Assembly: GCA_964252075.1 (NCBI GenBank)
Contig: CAXULY010000004.1
Span: forward strand, 64,001 to 128,000
Direction of reading: 5' to 3'
Length of the DNA stretch: 64,000 bases
Source: an uncultured Deinococcaceae bacterium
GTDB lineage: Bacteria > Deinococcota > Deinococci > Deinococcales > Deinococcaceae
Part shown: in pieces, positions 21,001-29,894 of the stretch
How the letters are laid out: every line of letters begins with the position of its first letter
Numbering within the stretch: the stretch's first letter is position 1
Notes under the pieces: model-generated
The model's input: the letters and a program-made list of their open reading frames with translations, nothing else
Told to the model about the DNA's origin: nothing
Database searches by the model: none
Translations under genes and position numbers: made by a program

Positions 21001-22143
21001 ATGGCGCGTGCTTCTGGTGGTGTCTGGCAGGCCATCACCAAACACCACAGCGCCGGAATTCGGGAGAGCTTCGCGCGCGAGGCCCTGGATCACCGGCCCC
21101 ACGTCACGGTTTGGCTCGCGTGGCTGTTCACCACCCTGGTCCTGCTGGGTTACCTGGCCCTCACCCTGGCCGGGGTTTGGGTGCTGCTGCATGCCATCCG
21201 TCCCTTTCACTTCTGGGCCTTCGTGCTCGGCGTCGTGGCGCTGTGGCTGGCGGGTTCCTCAATGCCCCGCCGTGCAGGCGCGCCGCACGTGCTGACCGAC
21301 ACCCAGGCGCCCGAACTGCACGCGCTGGTGCAGGAGATATCCCAGGCCATCGGCTTGAAGCAGGTGCCGCGCATCGCCGTCTCGCCTGACTTCAATGCGT
21401 CGTACGGCACGACCGGGTGGCGCTCCCAGCCCGTCGTGACCCTGGGCCTCCCCATCCTGTACGGCTTCGCGCCACAGGAACGGGTGGCCGTCATTGCGCA
21501 TGAGCTGGCCCACGGAGTCAACCGAGACCCCGCCCGGGGCTGGTGGATGGGGCTCGCCCAGGCCTTCTTGCTGTCGTTGTACTGGACCCTGCACCCGCGC
21601 CGGATCTGGCAGGCGGAACTGGGTGCGGCGGCCTTCCCGGCGGCCCTTGGGAACCTGCTGCTGCTGGCGCTGGCGGGCACCCCGTACGGCCTGCTGTGGG
21701 TCCTGGGTCAGCTCATCGGGCAGGACAGCCAGCGCGCGGAGTACCGGGCCGACCTGCTGGCGGCCCAGGTGGCCGGACACGAGGTCACCGCGCAGGCACT
21801 GGACCACCTGCACCTCAGTCACCTGTACGAGTACAGCCTGCAGAAGCACCGCCTACGCCCGGAACGCCCCGACGTGTTCAGCGAGTTCGCCCATCAGCTC
21901 GGCACGTATCCGCCCGAGCGTCTGGCCCACCTGCGGGAGCAACTGGCGACTGAGCAGCTGAGTCTGGACGCCAGCCACCCGCCCACGTCATGGCGCGTTC
22001 AGGTGGTGAGCGCCCACCCACGCCCAGCCCTGATCACGCTCACCGAGGAGCGCGCCGCGCGCCTGGAAGCGGAGTTGCGCCCTTTCATTCCCAGCGTGCA
22101 GCGGGTGGCCCTTGAGCGCCACCGCGAGCGCACGGGCGGCTGA
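21001..22143 (+). CDS. M48 family membrane zinc metalloprotease
   Basis: FNAS, HELAH, EYRADLLA and SHPP motifs; TM helices. Confidence 0.88.
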   Translation: MARASGGVWQAITKHHSAGIRESFAREALDHRPHVTVWLAWLFTTLVLLGYLALTLAGVWVLLHAIRPFHFWAFVLGVVALWLAGSSMPRRAGAPHVLTDTQAPELHALVQEISQAIGLKQVPRIAVSPDFNASYGTTGWRSQPVVTLGLPILYGFAPQERVAVIAHELAHGVNRDPARGWWMGLAQAFLLSLYWTLHPRRIWQAELGAAAFPAALGNLLLLALAGTPYGLLWVLGQLIGQDSQRAEYRADLLAAQVAGHEVTAQALDHLHLSHLYEYSLQKHRLRPERPDVFSEFAHQLGTYPPERLAHLREQLATEQLSLDASHPPTSWRVQVVSAHPRPALITLTEERAARLEAELRPFIPSVQRVALERHRERTGG

Positions 22144-22144
22144 C

Positions 22145-23569
22145 TCAGAAGCCCGGCGAGACGGACTGCCCGGAGACGTTCAGCTGAAACATCGCGGAGG
22201 TCGCGCCGTACAGCGGGGAGCCGCCCGTCACGCCGACGGTCTGCCCGGCGGAGATGTGCTGGCCTTTCGAAACGGACACGCTGGACAGCCCGCCGTACAC
22301 GGTCAGGACGCTGTTGGTGTGCTGCACGATGACCACCCAGCCAGTGTTCGCGTAACTCACGACTTCCAGCACGTTGCCTTCGGCGGCGGCCACCACGCCG
22401 CCGCCGGGCGCGCCGGACAGCACCACCCAGGGGCCCGTCGCGCCGTACACCGAGGAGATGCGCCCGCCGGGCAGCGGGAAGGTCAGGCGGCCCACGTTGG
22501 TGGGCAGGGGCGCGAGGTCCTGCTGGGACTGCTGCTGCTCCTCCTGCAGCTGGTCCTGCTGGTCCTGCACGGCGCTCTGCTCGCGCTGCAGGCGGTCGCG
22601 CTGCGCCTGCGCGGCGGCTTCCTGGGCGGCGGCCTGCTGCCGCGCGCGCTGCTGCTGCTGCGCCCGCACCCGCGCCTGCCGCTGCGCTTCCGCGATGGCG
22701 GCGAGGCGCGCGCGTTCTCGCCGGATGGCTTCCTGCTGCGCGCGCAGGCGCGCGAGTTCCGCCTCGCGGCGGCGGCGTTCCTCCTCGATGCGGCGGCGGC
22801 GCTCCTCAGCGAGGCGGTTCTTTTCCGTGACAATGCCGGACACCAGGCTGTTGATGGTCTGCGCGGTCAGGACGCGCTGCGCCTGCGTCTGCGCGGCGAG
22901 CGCCTGTTGCCCCTGCTGGTTCTGGCGCAGCTGCGCGAGCAGGGCGTTCTGCTGGCCGCGCTGCTGCACGAGCGCCGCGAGTTTGCCCTGCAGGTCCTGC
23001 ACGAGCCCGGCCAGCTGGTCGCGGTACACCACCTGCTGGCTGCGTTCCTGGTCGAGCGCGGCGCGTTCCGCCTTGAGCGTTTCAATCACGCGGACGTTCT
23101 CGGTGCCCATGACGTTCGCGTAGCGCGCGCGGACCAGCAGGTCCGAGAGGCTCTTGGCCTGCGAGAGCAGCGACAGGTAGCGGCCGCTGCGTTCGCGGTA
23201 CAGGGCCTGCATGAGTTGCCGCACGTCCTCCGCGAGGCGGTCCACGCGCGCCTGGCGTTCCGCGATGCGCGCGTCGAGGTCCGCGATCTGCCCCTGGGTG
23301 GTCTTGATGCGGTCCTTGAGGTCGCGGCCCTGCGCCTGCAGCGTGCTGATGTTGCCCGCGAGGGCGTCGAGGCGCGCGAGGGTCGCTTTCTGCTTGTCCC
23401 CGAGCTGCGAGAGGCGCGCGCGGAGGTCCTGCAGTTGCTGCGCCTGCTGCGCGCTCAGCTGTTGCTGCTGGCTGAGCTGCTGCTGAAGCTGCTGGAGTTT
23501 CTCGGAGGTGTCCTGCGCGGCGGCGAGTCCGAGGAGGGCCACCAGCGCGAGGGCGAGCGGGCGGCGCAC
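22145..23569 (-). CDS. envC: EnvC-like murein hydrolase activator (coiled coil + degenerate M23 domain)
   Basis: Signal peptide, long coiled coil, LytM-like C-terminus lacking the metal-ligand His residues; follows ftsEX. Confidence 0.85.
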   Translation of the reverse strand: MRRPLALALVALLGLAAAQDTSEKLQQLQQQLSQQQQLSAQQAQQLQDLRARLSQLGDKQKATLARLDALAGNISTLQAQGRDLKDRIKTTQGQIADLDARIAERQARVDRLAEDVRQLMQALYRERSGRYLSLLSQAKSLSDLLVRARYANVMGTENVRVIETLKAERAALDQERSQQVVYRDQLAGLVQDLQGKLAALVQQRGQQNALLAQLRQNQQGQQALAAQTQAQRVLTAQTINSLVSGIVTEKNRLAEERRRRIEEERRRREAELARLRAQQEAIRRERARLAAIAEAQRQARVRAQQQQRARQQAAAQEAAAQAQRDRLQREQSAVQDQQDQLQEEQQQSQQDLAPLPTNVGRLTFPLPGGRISSVYGATGPWVVLSGAPGGGVVAAAEGNVLEVVSYANTGWVVIVQHTNSVLTVYGGLSSVSVSKGQHISAGQTVGVTGGSPLYGATSAMFQLNVSGQSVSPGF

Positions 23570-23570
23570 C

Positions 23571-24434
23571 TTACTCCAGCTCCCGCAGGTAGCGGCCCGA
23601 AGCGAACCAGCTGCCGATGATGCCCACCACCACGCCGAGCGTCAGCAGCGCCGCGAGCAGCGTGAGCAGCAGGTTCGGGTCGCTGATGACGGGAATGGCG
23701 GGCAGCAGCAGGCTCACGCGCGCCGCGAGCTGCACGTACGCGGGGTACAGGATGACGGCGGACAGCACGCCCGCGATCAGGCCGAGGAAGACGCCCTCCA
23801 GCAGGTACGGCAGGCGGATGAAGCCGCGCGTGGCGCCCAGCAGGCGCATCACGCCGATCTCGCCGCGGCGCGCGTACATCGCGACGCGCACGGCGTTCAG
23901 GATGTTGAAGAGCGTGCCGAGCAGCAGCAGGCCCACCAGCACGTAGCCGGTGACGCGCACGGTGGAGAGGGTCTTCACGGTCTGGTCCACGTAGCCGGCG
24001 CCGTACTCGACGTCCTCGACGCCGGGGAGTTTCTGCACGGCGCCCGCGACGGCGCGGGTGTCCGCGACGCGCGCGACGCGCAGCCGGATGGTGTCCGGGA
24101 AGGGGTTCCCGGTGAGTTCCGCGGCGTCTTTCACGTAGGGGTAGTCGCGCGTCATCTCGGTGAGCACAGCGTCCTTGGGGACCACGGTCGCCTCGCGCAC
24201 CTCGGGGATCTTCTGGATGCTGGTGAGGAGCGTCTCGGCGTCCGCGCCGTCACCCAGGAAGGCCGCAACCTCGACCTGTGACTCCAGGCTGTTCAGCGCG
24301 CGGTCCACGTTGAGCGTCAGGAGCGTCACGAAACCCAGCATCAGCAGGGTGAGGGTCATGGTGAAGAGCGTGCTGAGGGCCGCGGTGAGGTTGCCGCGCA
24401 TCGCGAGGAAGGCCTGGCGCAGGTGGTAGGTCAT
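23571..24434 (-). CDS. ftsX: cell division permease FtsX
   Basis: NPFPD, RRGEIGVMRLLGAT..FIRLPYLLEG motifs. Confidence 0.95.
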   Translation of the reverse strand: MTYHLRQAFLAMRGNLTAALSTLFTMTLTLLMLGFVTLLTLNVDRALNSLESQVEVAAFLGDGADAETLLTSIQKIPEVREATVVPKDAVLTEMTRDYPYVKDAAELTGNPFPDTIRLRVARVADTRAVAGAVQKLPGVEDVEYGAGYVDQTVKTLSTVRVTGYVLVGLLLLGTLFNILNAVRVAMYARRGEIGVMRLLGATRGFIRLPYLLEGVFLGLIAGVLSAVILYPAYVQLAARVSLLLPAIPVISDPNLLLTLLAALLTLGVVVGIIGSWFASGRYLRELE

Positions 24435-24458
24435 GGCGCGCGCCTCACGGGGCCTGCC

Positions 24459-25142
24459 TCACAGGGCGTACCCGCCGTAGGGGTCGTCGCGCACGAGGCG
24501 GCCGCGGCGCAGGGTGAGGGTGCGGTGCCGGAAGGTCTCCACGAGGTCGCGGGCGTGCGTGGCGACCACGATGGTGGTGCCGCGCAGGTTCACGTTCTGC
24601 AGGACCTTCAGGATCTCGCGGCTGTTCTCCGGGTCGAGGTTCCCGGTGGGTTCGTCCGCGAGGAGCAGCGGCGGGTCCGTGACGACGGCGCGCGCGATGG
24701 CGACGCGCTGCTGCTCACCCTGCGAGAGCTGCAGGGGCAGCGCGTGCTTCTTGTGCTCCAGACCCACGAGTTTCAGGGCGCTCGTGGCGCGGTTCGGCCA
24801 TTCGCGCGCGGGGATGCCCGTGACGCGCAGGGCGAGCGTGATGTTGTCGTACACGCTCATGTGCGGCAGCAGCAGGTTGTCCTGGAACACCATGCCGATG
24901 CGGCGGCGGTGCATGGCGGTGCGGCGCCCGCGGAAGCGCGTGAGGGGCTCGCCCGCCACGTACACCTGCCCGCGCGTGGGGAGGGTGCGTTTCAGGATGA
25001 GGCCCAGGAAGCTGCTCTTGCCGGCGCCGCTGTGCCCCACGAGGTACACGAACTCGCCCTTCTGGACGTGCAGGTCGAGGTCGTCGAGCGCCAGTGTGCG
25101 CGTGACGGGGTATTCAAGGCTCACGTGATGAAACTGGATCAT
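24459..25142 (-). CDS. ftsE: cell division ATP-binding protein FtsE
   Basis: GHSGAGKS, IGMVFQD, LSQGEQQR and LLADEPTGNLD motifs; start MIQFHHV. Confidence 0.95.
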   Translation of the reverse strand: MIQFHHVSLEYPVTRTLALDDLDLHVQKGEFVYLVGHSGAGKSSFLGLILKRTLPTRGQVYVAGEPLTRFRGRRTAMHRRRIGMVFQDNLLLPHMSVYDNITLALRVTGIPAREWPNRATSALKLVGLEHKKHALPLQLSQGEQQRVAIARAVVTDPPLLLADEPTGNLDPENSREILKVLQNVNLRGTTIVVATHARDLVETFRHRTLTLRRGRLVRDDPYGGYAL

Positions 25143-25404
25143 GGGGGCTGAGGGGCGGCAAGCGCGACCGTGGCGCGCTGCGCCGACCGTCGCCCTGCCT
25201 GACGCGCTCAGCATAGCCCATGCCGCGCCCGCCCGGATGACGGATGTCGCGGCGCGGCCCGCGCGGGAAAAACCGGTGTTCGGTGCGCGCGTGGGGTGGG
25301 CGTCCTCAAGCACCGTTCATGCGGGTGGCGCGCGGCGGCACACCCATTTGGGGGGCGTGATGGCTTACGGAATCTTCACCAGGGGCCGCTATCTTGCAGT
25401 CAGC

Positions 25405-26754
25405 ATGAATCAACGCGTGAAATGGCTCATTGTGGCCGGGGCGCTGGCCGCCACCGCTGCCGTCGGGTACGCCCAGTACGAGACTTATGTGCCGGTCGCC
25501 GCCAAGGAAGTGACCAGCAGCAAGGCCGGTCAGTCCTTCCTGATCACCCTCACGGCGCTGGAGCAGATTTACCTCAAGCCGCTGGACCGCGAGGAGCTGC
25601 TGCGCGGCGCCACCAAAGGCATGATGGAGGCCACCAAGGACCGCTTCAACTACTACTTCGAGCCGAAAGTCGCGGCGTCGCAGAGCCAGGACGTGTCCGG
25701 TGAGTTCTTCGGCATCGGCGCGGCGATCGGCGCGAAGAACGCCGACGGGACGGGCGCCGTCATCGATCAGGTGTACCGCGACCAGCCCGCCGCGCGCGCG
25801 GGCCTGCAGGCGGGCGATTACATCGTGAAGGTGAACGGCGAGGACGTCACGACCCTCACCAGCACCGACGTGGTCGCCAAGATCCGCGGCCCGAAGGGCA
25901 GCCAGGTGAAGATCACCGTGCAGCGCGGCAGCAACACCGTCGAGGCCAGCATGAACCGCGCGGCCATCACGATCGTGTCGGTGTCCACCAGCATGCTGCC
26001 GAACAACGTGGGGTACATCGCGCTGCAGACCTTCGAGAACCAGAAGGTGAACCAGCAGTTCGCGGCGGCCGTCGCGGAGATGAAGAAGAAGGGCGTGCAG
26101 AAGCTCATCCTGGACCTGCGCGACAACGGCGGCGGCCTGCTGTGCAGCGGCACCTTCGTGGCGGATCAGTTCCTGCAGAAGGGCACCATCGTGACGCTGC
26201 GCGACCGCGACGGCAAGAGCGAGGACCTGGGCTGCGCGGACAAGGGCGTGGCGAGCAACCAGGCGACCGATTACACCGGGAAGCTGGTCGTGCTGATCAA
26301 CAAGAACAGCGCGAGCGCCAGCGAGATCGTCTCGGGCGCCCTGCAGGACGTGGGCCGCGCCACCATCATCGGTGAGAAGAGCTTCGGCAAGGGCGTCGCG
26401 CAGAGCGTGCTGCCGAACCTCCCGGACGGCTCGCAGGTGGACATCGTGACCGCCGAGTGGCTCACCCCGAAGGGCCGCGCCATTCAGGGCAAGGGCATCA
26501 CGCCGGACGTGGCGGTGAAGGACAACCGCTACCCGGACAGCTTCAGCGTGAGCGGCCAGGGCCTGCCCGCGAACACCAAGCTGACGGTGGATGTCGGGGG
26601 CCGCAAGGCGCAGGTCACGACGGACAAGGACGGTCAGTTCACGTACACCGCGCCGCCCAAGCGCCTCGCGACGAGCAGCAACCAGGGCGAGGCGATCGTG
26701 GACCCCAGCAAGGACGCGGAGCTCGCGAAGGCCATCTCGGTCCTCGCGCAGTAA
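25405..26754 (+). CDS. S41 C-terminal processing peptidase with PDZ domain
   Basis: Signal peptide, FFGIGA PDZ, LDLRDNGGG, SASASEI and GEKSFGKG motifs. Confidence 0.92.
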   Translation: MNQRVKWLIVAGALAATAAVGYAQYETYVPVAAKEVTSSKAGQSFLITLTALEQIYLKPLDREELLRGATKGMMEATKDRFNYYFEPKVAASQSQDVSGEFFGIGAAIGAKNADGTGAVIDQVYRDQPAARAGLQAGDYIVKVNGEDVTTLTSTDVVAKIRGPKGSQVKITVQRGSNTVEASMNRAAITIVSVSTSMLPNNVGYIALQTFENQKVNQQFAAAVAEMKKKGVQKLILDLRDNGGGLLCSGTFVADQFLQKGTIVTLRDRDGKSEDLGCADKGVASNQATDYTGKLVVLINKNSASASEIVSGALQDVGRATIIGEKSFGKGVAQSVLPNLPDGSQVDIVTAEWLTPKGRAIQGKGITPDVAVKDNRYPDSFSVSGQGLPANTKLTVDVGGRKAQVTTDKDGQFTYTAPPKRLATSSNQGEAIVDPSKDAELAKAISVLAQ

Positions 26755-26772
26755 GCCGCCCGCTGCACCCGG

Positions 26773-26801
26773 AGGCCCGGCGCGCGCGCCGGGCCTTTGT
26801 T
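26773..26801 (+). terminator. intrinsic terminator
   Basis: AGGCCCGGCGC-GC-GCGCCGGGCCT followed by TTGTT. Confidence 0.7.
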
Positions 26802-26859
26802 GTAGGCCGTTCCTTTTGTGTTCCGCGCCACAGCTCGGCGCGGGGGTATTGTGAAGGCG

Positions 26860-27525
26860 ATGAGCGCCGTGATTCACCTTCAGGCCCTGGGCCTCACCGA
26901 GTACGAGGCGCGCGCCTACACGGCCCTGCTGGCCCTGGGGCGCGCGGTGCCCGCGCGCGTGGCGAGGCAGGCGGGCATCCCGCGGCCCAAGATTTACGAG
27001 ACGCTGGAGCGGCTGGAGGGGCGGGGGCTCGCCGCGCGCGTCGGGCAGAACCCGCTGGAGTACGCGCCGCTCTCCGCGCGGGAGTACCTGGACCGCTCCC
27101 GGCGCAGCTTCGATGACCGCCTGGGGGCGCTGGAGCGGGACCTGTCGCGCCTCACGCCGGACCCCGCGCCGGAAGCGGTGTACCACCTGAACGGCGAGGC
27201 GGCCATCCGCGCGATCTGCGAGAACCTCGCCATCAACGCCCGCACGCGCCTCTCGGTGGCGGGCGACACGGACCTCGCGTCCACGCTGGAGCGCATGACG
27301 CCGCGCGGCGTGCGCCTCACGCGGGCGGGCCTCGCGGGCCTGCCGCCCATCGCGGTGCCGGGGCAGCAGGCGCTGCTGCTCACGCGGGACGGCGAGGCGG
27401 CGGTGGTGGCGCACTTCGGGGGGGAGCGCGAACCGCACGGCGTGCACACGCACCACCCGGTGATCGTGCACCTCATTGAGGGGTACGTGGCGCTCGCGGC
27501 GCAAAGCGAAAAAAGCCCCGCTTAA
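26860..27525 (+). CDS. TrmB family transcriptional regulator
   Basis: LGLTEYEARAY..LL..IPRPKIYETLERLE wHTH. Confidence 0.9.
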   Translation: MSAVIHLQALGLTEYEARAYTALLALGRAVPARVARQAGIPRPKIYETLERLEGRGLAARVGQNPLEYAPLSAREYLDRSRRSFDDRLGALERDLSRLTPDPAPEAVYHLNGEAAIRAICENLAINARTRLSVAGDTDLASTLERMTPRGVRLTRAGLAGLPPIAVPGQQALLLTRDGEAAVVAHFGGEREPHGVHTHHPVIVHLIEGYVALAAQSEKSPA

Positions 27526-27534
27526 CGCGGGGCT
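27508..27534 (-). terminator. intrinsic terminator for the minus-strand peptide genes
   Basis: AGCCCCGC-TTAAC-GCGGGGCT with an A-tract on its left (U-tract on the minus strand), about 20 nt after the peptide stop codon. Confidence 0.7.
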
Positions 27535-27554
27535 CGGTTCGTGAGGGGGCGCAT

Positions 27555-27689
27555 CTACATCAACCCGAAGTCGGCGGGGAGGCCCGTGCGGATGGGCGCC
27601 GTGAACTCGGGGCGGTTCGTCTGCGGCGCCGGGCTGGGCGCGCGCACCTGTGGCTTCGGCGCGGGGACCGGCTGGGTGGGGCGGGTCAT
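27555..27689 (-). CDS. 44-aa Pro-rich peptide ending in GLPADFGLM (putative second signalling peptide)
   Basis: Hand translation MTRPTQPVPAPKPQVRAPSPAPQTNRPEFTAPIRTGLPADFGLM; ATG overlaps the upstream TGA (TGATG); shares the GxPxDFG[VL]M motif. Confidence 0.7.
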   Translation of the reverse strand: MTRPTQPVPAPKPQVRAPSPAPQTNRPEFTAPIRTGLPADFGLM

Positions 27690-27847
27690 CACATCACCCC
27701 GAAGTCTTTGGGCTGGCCGTTCGTGACGGGCTTGGTGACCTTCATCACGCCGAAGTCCTTGGGCTGCCCGGCGGACGCGAGGGTGGAGACGCCCAGCACG
27801 AGGCTTGCCAGCACAACCGCGACCTTCTTACCTTTAACTTCGCTCAT
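27689..27847 (-). CDS. 52-aa secreted prepropeptide with two GQPKDFGVM repeats (putative signalling peptide precursor)
   Basis: Hand translation MSEVKGKKVAVVLASLVLGVSTLASA|GQPKDFGVM-KVTKPVTN-GQPKDFGVM; Sec signal with ASA site; repeats differ only at synonymous positions; TACATT -10 box 6 nt before the ATG. Confidence 0.85.
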   Translation of the reverse strand: MSEVKGKKVAVVLASLVLGVSTLASAGQPKDFGVMKVTKPVTNGQPKDFGVM

Positions 27848-27874
27848 GCTGCTAATGTAAAGGTGAGGCTGTTA

Positions 27875-29770
27875 ATGGGTGATCCATCCGCACATGCAGA
27901 GGCGAAAACGCTCTTTGAGGCCGGCCAGTACGCCGACCTGATCACAACCCTGGAAGACCGCGCTCAGACGGCGCGCGATTTTGCGTTGCTGGGCATGGCC
28001 CTCTTGCGTTCCGGTCGCTTTCAGGACGCGGAATTCCCGCTGTACAAGGCCAGCATCCTGGGGGACGCGGAGGGGGCGGTGGAGCTGGGGAACCTGCTGC
28101 GCCTGCTCGGCCGTTTCGACGAGGCGGGCGCGCACTTCGAAGCTATCAGCGAAACTATTACAGGAGAATTACAACTGCGCCTGCTGCGCTGGTGGGGCGT
28201 CTCCCGGTACCAGGCGGGCGAGTCGGAAGCCGGCCTGAAGCTCTTGGAGCGCGCGTGGTACGGCTACATGGCGCTCGGGGACGACGAACTGACCGCCCGC
28301 GTGACCCAGTCCCTCGCGCAGATGCACCTGCTCTCGGGGAACCTCATCCGCGCCAAGCAGCTGTACAGCGAGGCCATCCGGGCGCTCACCGACGAGTCCC
28401 CGCAGATCACGCGTCTTGGCGTGCTGCGCGGCCTGCTGACCATCCAGCTGCAGTACCATGACATCGCGGGCGCCGCCGAGACGCTCCAGCAGGCGAAGTC
28501 CGCCCTGGGCGGGAGCGACCTCCCGCGCGAGCGGGCGCTGCTGCTGAGCGCCGAGGCGGAACTGCTGCAGCTGTCCGGGCAGACCTTCGCGTACGGGGAC
28601 GCGCTGGAGCGCCTGTACACTGAAGCGGAAGCCATGCAGGACTACGAGTTGCGGCTCTGGGCGACCGCCCGCCTTGTGGACCACCTCAGCCTGGTCGGGC
28701 AGCACTCGCGCGCGACGGCGGTGCTGGTGGGGTTCGGCACGCCCAGCGAGCAGTGGCCGCCCGAGCTATGGGCCGCGCACGGCGTGCTGGAGCGCCGCCG
28801 CAATCAGTTCAGGCCCGCCATGGAGAGCCTGGAGCGCGCCGCGCGGTTGTTCCGCGCGCAGGGCCGCAGCCCGGACCTGATCCGCACCCTGCTGCACGCA
28901 GCGGCCGCGTCGCACCGCATCCGCGAGCATGAGCTGTGCGTCGCGCAGCTCAAGGAGGCGCTCTTCGAGATGCTGCGCCTCAAGCAGCTCGCGGCGTTCC
29001 GCCCGGAGCTGGAGGAGCTCTCCGAGCTGATGCACTTCGCGCTGCTGGAGCCCGAAACGGCGCCGCTGCTGGAGCCGGTGCTGGACAACCTCGCGAACCT
29101 CGCGGGTTCACCCAGGCTCCCGGAGGACGGGCTGATGCGCGTGCAGGTCACGACGCTCGGGCGTGTGGCGGTCTTCAAGGACGGCGCGGAAGTGGAGTTG
29201 TCCCTGCGCGGCAGCGCCCTGCTGCTGGCGTACCTGTCGCTGTACCCGCGCCGCACGCGCGCGGAACTGCAGCTCGCCCTGTACCCGGAGAAGGACGCCA
29301 AGACCGGCAGCGGGTACATCCGCGCGGCCTTCTCGGAACTCCGAGAGAAACTCGGGCGGGACATCGTGACCTTCGACGGGCCGCACAACTCCCCGCAGTA
29401 CCGCCTGGGGGCCATGGTGCACCTGGACCTGGACCTCACGCAGTTCCGGGAGGCGCTCGACAAGGGCGAGGTGGCGCGCGCGCTCGCGCTGTACCGCGGG
29501 CCGTTCATGCCGGACATGGACGACAGCGAGTGGGTGCAGCAGGTGCGCGAGGAAGGCATGCTGAGCCTCGCCTTCGAGTTGCAGAACCACATGGCGCGCT
29601 ACCAGGCGGTGGGGGATTTCCGCCGCGTGATCCTGCTCGCGAACCAGTACCTGCGCATCGACCCGTACGACCGGGACGTGCTGGAGAAGCGCCTGGAGGC
29701 CGCGCAGGTGGTGGCGTCACCGCAGGAGCTGGCGCGCTACACGGCGGAGCTGCGCCGCCTCCACAACTGA
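27875..29770 (+). CDS. TPR-repeat protein with C-terminal wHTH + BTAD (SARP-like) transcriptional activator domains
   Basis: N-terminal helical TPR-like repeats (e.g. ELGNLLRLLGRFDEAGAHFE); C-terminal VTTLGRVAV..LLLAYL..ELQLALYP..SELREKLG..ALALYRGPF..EWV..RE; start MGDPSAH. Confidence 0.88.
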   Translation: MGDPSAHAEAKTLFEAGQYADLITTLEDRAQTARDFALLGMALLRSGRFQDAEFPLYKASILGDAEGAVELGNLLRLLGRFDEAGAHFEAISETITGELQLRLLRWWGVSRYQAGESEAGLKLLERAWYGYMALGDDELTARVTQSLAQMHLLSGNLIRAKQLYSEAIRALTDESPQITRLGVLRGLLTIQLQYHDIAGAAETLQQAKSALGGSDLPRERALLLSAEAELLQLSGQTFAYGDALERLYTEAEAMQDYELRLWATARLVDHLSLVGQHSRATAVLVGFGTPSEQWPPELWAAHGVLERRRNQFRPAMESLERAARLFRAQGRSPDLIRTLLHAAAASHRIREHELCVAQLKEALFEMLRLKQLAAFRPELEELSELMHFALLEPETAPLLEPVLDNLANLAGSPRLPEDGLMRVQVTTLGRVAVFKDGAEVELSLRGSALLLAYLSLYPRRTRAELQLALYPEKDAKTGSGYIRAAFSELREKLGRDIVTFDGPHNSPQYRLGAMVHLDLDLTQFREALDKGEVARALALYRGPFMPDMDDSEWVQQVREEGMLSLAFELQNHMARYQAVGDFRRVILLANQYLRIDPYDRDVLEKRLEAAQVVASPQELARYTAELRRLHN

Positions 29771-29846
29771 GTGGAGGCGCCCTGAAGCCAGCAAGGATAT
29801 AGGGCCCCTCAGCCTCGCCAGGTCTTCTGCTGAGACCCACCAAACC

Positions 29847-29888
29847 AACAGCAGAGGAGGCGCCCGTGCGGGCGCCTCCTCTGCTGTT
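29847..29888. terminator. long hairpin between convergent genes (bidirectional terminator-like)
   Basis: AACAGCAGAGGAGGCGCCCG-TG-CGGGCGCCTCCTCTGCTGTT, 20-bp perfect stem. Confidence 0.75.
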
Positions 29889-29894
29889 CAGGTG

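Noticed and set aside
22145..22500. M23 domain lacking zinc-ligand histidines as a possible pseudogene
   Set aside because: A degenerate LytM domain is the normal state for EnvC downstream of ftsEX.
27558..27572. C-terminal DFGLM recalls the tachykinin FxGLM-amide motif
   Set aside because: Position -5 is Asp rather than Phe and there is no amidation Gly; a short match that is probably coincidental.
27558..27769. Three similar 27-bp segments as a mini-CRISPR array
   Set aside because: Spacing is irregular, variation between the two closest copies is synonymous in a coding frame, and no cas genes are present.
27555..27847. RiPP precursor interpretation of the repeat peptides
   Set aside because: No modifying enzymes (radical SAM, YcaO, lanthionine synthetase, ATP-grasp) or dedicated exporter are adjacent. 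A Sec signal plus a TPR regulator fits signalling better.
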